Part shown: piece after piece, positions 49,431-58,654 of the stretch
Layout: each line of letters begins with the position of its first letter
How positions within the stretch are numbered: the stretch's first letter is position 1
NCBI GenBank assembly: GCA_029953675.1
Contig: JAMWBK010000003.1
Location: 1,178,001 to 1,242,000, forward strand
From: Rhodosorus marinus CCMP1338
Lineage: Eukaryota > Plantae > Rhodophyta
Length of the DNA: 64,000 bases
Reading direction: 5' to 3'
Made by a program: the position numbers and the translations under genes
Notes under the pieces: generated by a model
Database searches by the model: none
What the model was told of the DNA's origin: nothing
What the model saw: only the letters and a program-made list of their open reading frames with translations

Positions 49431-50943
49431 CCCAGCTACAATTTAACAGCATGTTTTTCCCTGACGCCTGTTTGCAGGGGAGTCCCAGTTGTTCCTCTTG
49501 TCATCTTCCAGACGTGAGTACCCGGCAGCCGCTGAATTCTTAAATCCCGGTAGCCACTGGCATTCCCCTTGCCTCGAGAACATCAGAGCTTTTGTCACAT
49601 GATTGACCCATGCTATTCAAACCTCTAAGTCCCAGTTTCTTCACAGGGGAACTCGGGATAACGAACGTGTCTAGACCGGTCTTCTTGAAATAGAAGAGCC
49701 TGGGTCATCCGTTGTGTTGCACTGTTCCTGTCTATCAAGGACTTATCCAATGGCCAGCAGAACCTGAGCTAGTTTAGGGTTCTGCTGTGCATCCCCTCCG
49801 ATGGGTACGTTGCAAATTACTTAACAGCGATGAAACCATACGATTGGAGCCCATTTGAACATATATACGGTATACTCGGTACTTCACATTTAATAACGAT
49901 AAAATATATACCACACAGACCCAACAAAGTCAAATTTATTTCTATTATAAATATCTTACATCGGTTTTCTTATAAAGCGTTCAAAATAAACAGTTAGGTG
50001 ATGTTTTAGTACAAAAAAAAACGCTCCTTTGTTGGTATTGATTAGTACTAGCATACCAATTTTTTTTGGTGGAGGGGAGGGGGAAGCTGCAACTTTGATG
50101 TCAGAATGAATATGAGTCATATATCATGATGATGAAGAAAAAGAAGGAAACCTCACTTTTCTGGGACATATTGAATATGAGGTGGTGGTTTTGATGTTTG
50201 GTGAGGAAATATGAGCGGTATCGCCTCCTCGCTACTTAATTGTTTCATCATCTCCTCCATCTGCTGCTCCAAATTGTGACCCAGCAAAACTCTTTCACCA
50301 AAACAAATCAACAACTTTTCTTTGCTACTGTTTTGCGTTGTTTTTTTTTGTCGTTTCTCGAAACTGCCAGTCACTCTTATCAGTTTCTGGTTGATATTGG
50401 AGTCAGTATTCAGGGGTAGATCTAATTTTTTTTCTTGAATACTCAATCGAAATTTGCTAAGGGTGGAAATATTCTTCAAAAGGTTCGGAATACTCTTAGT
50501 TTTATTATTCTAGAAAGATTGAAAGTTGCTGAAAGGGGGGGTTCCCCAGAAGAATAGATCTTCCTTTCTTCCGGAGTGCAAATTTTTTCTTGGTGGGGGG
50601 GGAGGGTGAGGAAGGGTGGTGTTTCCATGGAGGAAAACTGTTTCGCTTTTGTGTTTTGGAGTCGAAAATGATCAAGTTTTTTATTAGTAAAGGAGGGATG
50701 GGAAGATGGCGGTATTTGTCTCTAGATAAGGGCGGAAGGGAGAATTGGTATCGTTGCTTTTGGGGGAAAGACTTTAGGGTTGGGTTGTGGGGAGTCGTAG
50801 GAGTGGGAAGGGTGGTGGGGGTGGGTGGGTGGGTTTTTGGTGGTTGGGAGGGGAAGGGACGAGATTGTGGCATAGGTGAGAGGGATTTGAGGATGTGAAA
50901 GGAGAAGTTCGGGTGTGAGAGATTCGTTTGAAAATATTTGTAC

Positions 50944-51546
50944 ATGATGAGTGAAGTTTTGACACTAAAGGCGGGGGCCAAACGGACTTTCGAGGCTATG
51001 GACCTAGATAAAGCTCCGGTGACTTGTCCGCAAAGAAGTATTAAGTTTTTGTCGCCCAGGCAAAACGAGAAGAAGCGAACACGGCGCTCGAAAGAAATGA
51101 GAGATGATTCGAATAATACGGTGTTGAAGAGGCTTCGAAGTGAGCCTCTAAGTCAATTGTTTTCGTCCTCGGACGCGAGATTGGGGGGTAAGAATCACTT
51201 CAGAAGATTACGTTTTCGTTCTCCAAAACTTTGGATTCTTTAGCGTGTGAAGCTCATTAGCAGGTCTTGTCTCACAATGGAATTCTCTTTTGTAAACCCA
51301 GTTATTGATAAGCATGTACCGCGAAGACGTGCTCAATCAAACGGGACGGAGAAGTGTTATTCTTTGGATGATGTAAGGGAGCTGCTGAGAAAGGTGTTAA
51401 AGGAGAGGGAGGTGCAGTTGGAGAAGGATTTTGGAAATTTCCTGTGCACCAGCCTGGATGAGCAAGCCGAAGAATTTATTAAGTTTAATGAAGCTTACAT
51501 CGCTAGGCAGTTCAGGAAGAACTCGGAAATGAGCTATGTATCTTGA
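50944..51546 (+). CDS. AKIRIN: Akirin-like protein
   Basis: Exons 50944-51187 and 51302-51546 (phase 1). N-terminal KRTF...SP...KKRTRR. C-terminal YSLDDVRELLRKVLKEREVQLEKDFGNFLCTSLDEQAEEFIKFNEAYIARQF...SYVS* matches akirin FTLRQV..ICERLLKERE..REEY...L..KLAEQYD.FVKF..DQI.RR...SYVS. Confidence 0.85.
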
Positions 51547-52113
51547 AACTCAAAGAGGAAAGCGGGAAACAAAGAGAGTACGCGTTATGGTCGCGTGTGT
51601 ATTGCCGATGACTGTGTTTTGGAGTCTGCACCCTATCTTGAGAACGAGAACTGTAACACCTGGGTGCGTTCCTCAGACAAATATGATTGATACTGGGCTA
51701 AATGCCTATTCTGTTCCCTCCCTTCTTGTACGAAGACGAAATTAAAGCAATATAAACTTACTACAGCGGTGGGTCCGTGGGAAGAACTAGTTCTGAAACA
51801 CTTCGGTGCACATTCAAGAAGATAGAATATGTCGCCTTGCATAGTGGATAGGCTGGTCGTATGTTTTGAATGGTCCTTAACGCGCTCATTAGTTTGAAAG
51901 GACAACGCCTGACAGTAGTTTACAGCCTTCATCGCGGCAAATAGGGCAATCAGCCTCAACCCTATGACTAGCGCAACCCTAGTCTCGTCACGCAATACAT
52001 GGCAACTCTAAGCTTCGAGATTAGAAGCAGTTTTCAACCGGTTGGAGAACAAGCACAAAAGACAGTAACCTCAAGTGCTCCTGAAATTGTTAATTCGAGC
52101 TTCGAGATACTCT

Positions 52114-53644
52114 CTAAGGGGGGGTAGACGAGGTAGAGTTTGAACTCGTCACCGTGGGCGTCAAGTTCGATGAACTGTACACAGTAAAATTCTCTCGGAC
52201 GACCTTATACACTTCATCCGGCGATTGAGTAGCATCTATCCTTTTCACCTTACTTTTCGCGTCATAGTATTCGATCACGGGCAGTGACGTTTCTACGAAA
52301 GTTTTGAACCGCTTTCGAATGCTTTCTGCGTTGTCGTCAACACGACCGCTGGTCTTGCCCCTCTGTAGCAGCCTAGCAAAAGCAAAGTTCGAAATTGTCA
52401 GCAAAGAATGGAAACTTGCTCGTGTACACGGAGCTGGGCCTCTGAACAAAATCCTCACCTCTCCTCCATAGTCTTCTCCGGACAGTCGAAGAAGAGCACA
52501 AACTCAAAGTCGCTAACCTGCGATTCGAAAGCTCCTGCCTGGTCAAGCTTTCTCGGAAAACCATCGATAAGGACTCCTTTTTTGTCCGTTCCGTCAATCG
52601 CTTTTCTGAGCAAGCTGAGTGTGATCTCTCCTGCGACAATTTTCCCGTCCTTGATCATCCCGTCTATCATTGCGCCCTGTGGATTGCGTAAATGACAGGC
52701 ACAGAGACCTGCGTCAGGCTCTTGTCTCGAACTGGTCGACGGGCATAGGCTACATACCTGTTCAGATCCAGAGTTGACCTCAGCGCGAAGAAGGTCTCCA
52801 GCAGAAAAGTGAGCATAGTCGAATTCCTGGACAATTTTATCGCATTGCGTTCCTTTTCCTGTAGCACATGAGCTGGTTTGATCAACAACACTTTCGACCG
52901 TTAATTCAATGAAATCTTGTAAGCGCTGGCATACCAGCTCCTGGACCTCCTAGCACGAAGAAGATCTTTGGTTTCTGGGATTTTGCGGTGCCGTTTGTAC
53001 TTATGTATTCGCTCAGCCACTGCAGGGGATCGGACGGTCTAGGAGACAGCCTGCACATTGTTGTCAGGGCTTTGTTAAGAGTGGGTACCACTGTCATCAT
53101 CAGGTACTCCTTTGCCTCTTCCCCTTGGCTAGTTCTATGGGTCTCCGTCAGATCAAATTCCGGGAAAAAGAACTTGATCTCCCTCTCTGCAGCGCTAGGA
53201 GAGTCCGAACCATGCGCAGCATTTTTTTGTACATCCGTGCCATACCTGGCTCTTATGGAGTCTGGAGCCTCTTCCTCCGCCTGCTTGCTGTTGGTAGGAC
53301 CCAACAGAGAACGCCAATCTACAACAGCATTTTCCTTTTCAAGGACCATTGCAACGATAGTACCGCTTGTAATAAATTCGATCAAACCGCTAAAGAAAGC
53401 TCTATCCTTGTGCTCTCCGTAGAAGCTTTTTGCCTTTGCTGGTGTCAACGTCAGGGACTCCTTTTCCGCGATCTTGAAGTCGGCCCCTTCGATAATCTAA
53501 GGGCATTCGTGAAGAATGTTACCGATTTCAAGCTTCAGGAAACAGTTCACGGCATAGTATAGAGCAAAATATTCATCTCACCTTGCAAATCTCGTCGGCG
53601 TTTTCAAAAGCGTCGGGCTTAATCATTGCAAACGTGTGTTCCAT
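52114..53644 (-). CDS. NDP kinase (NME5-like) - DPY-30 - UMP/CMP kinase fusion
   Basis: Exons 53644-53582, 53496-52935, 52858-52758, 52676-52459, 52372-52114. NDK: [10 protein letters not shown]...SIRARYG...[11 protein letters not shown]-30: [15 protein letters not shown]...[15 protein letters not shown] kinase: FVLGGPGAG|[35 protein letters not shown]. Confidence 0.93.
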
Positions 53645-54655
53645 TTTGTTGTCTCCAGCCGATACCAAAACCCCACCGGCAGAACGCCTCCTCTCACGGG
53701 AATCAGCCCAAGCAATATCCCTCGGCAAATCTCTGGCCCTCTGGATCTAGCCTCCCTGCGAGTAGTACTCGCATGCATCTCTCCCGAGGTGTTCGCGGGT
53801 GCCATGGATTTTTTAAGAAGATGAGTAGACCGTGGGTTGCCTCGCTCTGACAGTAGCCCACCTCCCTCAGCAAAAATTTCGTTCAGTACTTTTTCACCCT
53901 ACCCCTTTTTTTTGTACACCACACGTTTGAACTTCCAATATTTCCATACCCCTCCATTACTCAAGTTCATCATATCATATATTGACTTGTTCAAGTTATA
54001 CTCCAGATAATGTTCCCAGATATACAACCTCTCGGTAGGGGCATTGAGCTCGCCATCGCGTATCACAGGTTGGGAGGGAGGGGTAACTCTGTGTCTGTGC
54101 TATAGTCTCATCGTTTTGATTGACCTTTGTGGAATATCCCTGTTTCTGACGAAGGGGGGTTACTTCCGACCATATAAATCAATGATATTTTGATTGTTTT
54201 ATTTTGAATTATTGAAACAGGGATTGAAAGAACTGCGCGCCCTGTCCCATCAGCTTGCAGACAGAGACTTAGGGGCGCTAGCAAGCTTCTATGCGGTGGC
54301 CAGTCGATTTCAACGGTGATTGGGCCTTATTTGGCCCATCCTTTCAATTTACGAAATTCATTATTCTGAAGACACGTGTATTGTAATAACTGATCCATAA
54401 ACACGTGTCGCAAGTTCACATGCAGATTATTCTTGTTTTTCTAGATTTGTTTCATCTTGGAACTCATTGACTAGGTTTTGACTATCAAAATATCAATCAA
54501 TTCATTGGTGAGGATTATCGGCTACTAACTCCACATCCAGCCGTCTAATCGCAGACTAACCATGAACTTAACCCCCGACGAGCACCCTCCCATTGGCGTT
54601 TTACCAACGGGCATAAAAAAGCGCCAGCAGAGGCCTCAAATTCCGGCTGGCTCGC

Positions 54656-54978
54656 CGATCATGTGCCACCGCTCCCAACTAAACGAAGTCATCAATGCAT
54701 GCACAGCTTGCCTGCTTACGTATCAGTGAAACCATTTTGAAAGTCGATGCAACAGGTTGGTAGCCCTCATAGATTTCATGAGGAATCTTTAGCAAGCATC
54801 GAGCCATGGGGATCCAGGTACGAGGAAGTCATGTGGAGAGCGCACGAAGGACTTCACGTCAAGATACCTTTTTACCAACTTGTTGCATTCGCTGTCAAAA
54901 TGGTTTCACTGATACGTAAGCAAGCAGGCATGCATGCATTGATGACTTCGTTTAGTTGGGAGCGGTGGCACATGATCG
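54656..54978. repeat. Long inverted repeat (arms ~107 bp, loop ~110 bp)
   Basis: 54656-54762 is the reverse complement of 54873-54978. The outer ~45 bp (CGATCATGTGCCACCGCTCCCAACTAAACGAAGTCATCAATGCATGCA) are perfectly paired. Confidence 0.95.
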
Positions 54979-55397
54979 CTCTCTCAATACAGCTTCTACG
55001 CAAAAGTAGAGAAGAGTACGGATGAGTTCAACGGGTTCCGTGGAAGGGCTTCTAGTGGACGTTTTCCGAGGGCTGAGAAGTTGCTGATTGGTTTTTCTCC
55101 AGCGTTTAGTGCGCAGAGAAGTAAAGCGCTGGGGAAATCGCTTTTACGCCGTGCTAGGCCCTTGACTTCGTCGCTTTACGCTCCTTATAGCGTTTTGCGT
55201 TGATTCATGGTGTTTTATCAAAGGACTCTTACAAATCTTCGCCGTCCGATACCCAAAAGACTCCGAAAAGCAAGACCCCCTCAACAAACCTAGTCAAGCC
55301 TGATCTCTCTTGTACCCATAATTCGTTGCTCTACACTTCTTCTACCTTCCCGAGTTCGGCCTAGAGCAAGCTTGTATAGCCCTCCGCGCAACCCAGA

Positions 55398-55534
55398 CAT
55401 AGTCGCAGCTACGATTCAAGCATAGTCGTAGCTACGATTCAAACATAGTCGTAGCTACGATTCAAATATAGTCGTGGCAACCACTCAAACATGTCGTAGC
55501 GGCGATTCAAAACATACTCGTAGCTACTTCTAAG
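55398..55534. repeat. 23-bp minisatellite, six copies, internal palindrome
   Basis: Units CATAGTCGTAGCTACGATTCAAA start at 55398, 55421, 55444, 55467, 55490 and 55513. Confidence 0.93.
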
Positions 55535-55892
55535 TAAATCCAAGTATCTTCAGCGTGATTCGAATCTAGTAGCGGCCATTACTAAGGCCACCATCATTCA
55601 AACATAGTCAACGCCGACGACTGTGCAACCAAAGGGACAGTCGATCCGATCCTACCCCTGGCTCTCCCAAGGGTAAGCCTAAGATCCCAACATTATTGTA
55701 AAGTTTGCCCCGTTGAATCAACGATATGAGGTGGGACTGGTGAAACGGAGTATGCCTCATTGAACGGGGGGCCCTTGATTTTGGGGCACAATATCGCAAT
55801 CGCGGCAGAGGCCCCATAATGAATTTGTTGAGTATATTTGTGAAAAGGTTCCCCCCTTACTGGCTTTGATACAACTCAATACAAGATATCTG

Positions 55893-56088
55893 TAGGGTTG
55901 TCACCTCCGTCCGATAAACATTTATCGGACCTGCATTTGGAAATACTAGAGTACCATGCGTTTGCTGAGGGCTTCCGTCCGATACATGAACATAGAAAAA
56001 CTTAAAAGGCATCGTCCTATAAATGGTCCGATAGCGACCGATTGCCGTCCGCTACTTTAAGCTCTCTAGGAATGTAGTGACAGCTCTC
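55893..56088. mobile_element. Possible degenerate hAT-like MITE
   Basis: Begins TAGGGTTGTCA and ends TGACAGCTCTC (8/11 inverted match), with repeated internal GTCCGATA. No TSD seen. Confidence 0.25.
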
Positions 56089-56497
56089 AAAACGCTAAGT
56101 AATCGTACTTCATGATGATACGAGTTAGAGCTTCAGGTTCAAAGAAGTAATCATAATTCAATAGCTGCGCCGCAGATGATTGATTATTGGACAAACCTTG
56201 ATTGAATATGCAACGTTTTACCGGACTCGTTTATCCGACGGGCAATCAGACCTGTTTTTTTAAAGAATTTCAATTTGAAACCCAGGGCTTTTCGTACCTG
56301 GCCGGGCTGATCGCTCCTCACGTAAGAGCATCTAGCTTGGATGAGAATGAGCATAGCACGTCACTTTGTTTTCGGACAACTGTGGCGGTATCGCTTGACT
56401 CCTACGAAGTCACCTGTGTGTGACTGTCGACGGCTTAATTTCTGATCATTGGGAGATTCGTGTCCGCGCGACCTCACCTAACTCCCCAACGTCTTCC

Positions 56498-57310
56498 CCA
56501 GGCATTCGTGCTTCGGCTCTAGCTCATCGCCTAGTACCTCTGGTCATTGAGTGCTTTGGGTTTATGGATTCTGTTGGTTCTCGTTGGCTGCGGGAATTGT
56601 TCCGCGAACGCCTGACCGTCTTGCTGTGGCGTATGAAGGCTGCTTTGATGTTGGAGGCGCGCGCCCTTCGCCGCGCGTAGTTTTTTTTTTTGTCCCTCGG
56701 GACTTTTTCTTTCTGTCTCCGATTAAACAAGTTCATGGAAGCTCATTCGTCTGATGAAAATAAATTGAATACCCAACTTAGTTCATTTAATAAGGAATTA
56801 TTGAACTGAAATTCATTATAAATATTTGCCGCTGCTTCTAAAGAATAGCGCCAGGTCCAGCCTTGGACAGCTCGATTCCTGCTAAAGAATCCACATGAAA
56901 TCTATCAGGTCTACCAACACGTTGCGTCGGCTTCTCACCGCCCTTCTGCAGCCAACCACAACCCCATCAACATCGACTGAATTTTGTTTACTACGAGACT
57001 GAAAGAAAAAAAAACCGAGTGGAAAAAGAAGTCTAGGCGCTGCGAAGATCCCGCGCCTCCAGCGCCTCCAACATCAAAGCAGCGTTCCTACGCCACAGCA
57101 AGAAACTTAAACGGGTAAACACCGAGGACAGACGGTGAGGGCGGTCGCGGAACAATTCCCGCAGCCAACGAGAACCAAAGGAATCCATAGCAATCAATTA
57201 CCAGAGGTACTAGGCGATGAGCTAGAGCCGAAGCACGAATGCCTGGACGAAGCACCCGCATATTTCAACCCTTTGAGACGTCTCATACTTGCAGCGGCAA
57301 ATCTTATTAA
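56498..57310. mobile_element. Two tail-to-tail 3' fragments of a non-LTR retrotransposon (restriction-like endonuclease C-terminus) forming an inverted repeat
   Basis: 56498-56719 is an imperfect reverse complement of 56995-57246. Translations LVPLVIECFG...RERLTVLLWRMKAALML (plus) and AAASMRRLKGLKY...LVPLVIDCYG...FTRLSFLLWRRNAALML (minus, frameshifted) fit the K..KY / F.P...E..G / RLS..LQR.NA pattern. Confidence 0.55.
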
Positions 57311-57369
57311 ATTGCCCGCATGCATTGTTTGAGCTAAAATAATATATATCAAAGCTCATTCGTAAGCGA

Positions 57370-57603
57370 TGAAGATAAGTTGAGCGCTCCCATCAAGACT
57401 GAATTGTTGAACTGAATAATACACTGCAAAGATTGACCTAGAATCGGTCCTACAAGCTCACTCCCGTTAGCATCCATTTGCCAACTATAGTCGTATACGA
57501 TGAAGAAAGGTTGAACGCCCCAATTAAGAATGAATTATTGAACAGAAATACATTTTGAAGACTGACCTAGAATCGGTTTTCAAGCTCACCTGTAGCCATT
57601 TGC
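57370..57603. repeat. Tandem ~125-bp duplication with further degraded copies at 56753-56817 and 58686-58714
   Basis: GATGAAGA.A.GTTGA.CGC.C.AT.AAGA.TGAATT.TTGAAC...GA.TGACCTAGAATCGGT...CAAGCTCAC occurs at 57370 and 57499. Confidence 0.85.
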
Positions 57604-58280
57604 TTATTATATTCCAAGAAGACGTCGACGGACCCTTCCCGGTCGTATGAACGAATACGTTCAGGTTGGGGTCTTTGCGCGACATGTTCCGCTTTTCGCG
57701 CTCACGTAGAGATGCGTTCACGCTTTTTTAGGTACACCGCAAAGTGGGAGCGCGCCCCTCCAGGATTCACGGGCAGATATAAAATTTTTAATGTTGTTGA
57801 TGTACGCTGGTGAAGAACTTGGTTTTCTGGTTCTAGGAGAGAAGTGAGCAGTCGGCAGACGATCATAAGTTTGCCGATAATCGAGCGGCTGCTGATCTTT
57901 GGAGTCGGGCTATGATAATGCTTATGGGTCGACTATTCCCATAACTCCGCAATCCATGCGCTGGTCTAGTTGAGCTCCGCCTCGTGATCGTCTCCCTACA
58001 GCGCCTAAGAGCCCAATGGAATTGACCAGGGAAAACTACAGCTTTAGTTTAGGGTGTCGGGAGAAAGCGACCCTGCATTGGTAAAGAATGCGAATTATGG
58101 TCAATGCCGCCATGCAGACGGACGGACAGGCTCAACGAGATTTCCTTTTACTCCTCGATAAGTAATCCATGAGCACAGCAGGCAGAAAGGTCTATCACCC
58201 CCGGGAAAAACGTCCCCAAGTACGACGAAGAAAAAAAGGGAACCAAAAAAAAGGGGTGCCGTCGAAGTTGCTGTTGGTCG

Positions 58281-58654
58281 CTAGCTTTGCTGACGGTGCA
58301 TCAGGAAGGCGCTCGAGAATCAGCTCACAAAATACCTGATGAGAAGTCTGTGCAATGTAACCCACAAAAAAAGCATCCCTCTCCCACGCAGTTTCCGAAT
58401 AGCTCAACAGAAACAACAATCAGTTTATTGAGAGCATATCTCTACCCCGAGGAGGGGAAAAAGGCTCCGGGAATGTAAGTACCTCCGCTCTCACACCTCA
58501 GTATTAACGATGATTGATGCATCGGTGAAGTGCGAATACCAGCGCCTCCTGTCTAGCTTTGCTGATGGGCATCAGAAAGGCGCTCGAGAGTCAGCTCACA
58601 AAATATCTGATGAGATTTTGCGCTGTATCCCACACAAATAAGCATCCGTCTCCC
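58281..58654. repeat. Direct repeat pair of ~105 bp (58281-58385, 58553-58654)
   Basis: CTAGCTTTGCTGA.GG.GCATCAG.AAGGCGCTCGAGA.TCAGCTCACAAAATA.CTGATGAGA...AAGCATCC.TCTCCC occurs in both. Confidence 0.9.

Noticed and set aside
54136-54225. 11-bp inverted repeat ATCCCTGTTTC / GAAACAGGGAT resembling hAT ends
   Set aside because: Orientation is opposite to that of element termini and there is no TSD.
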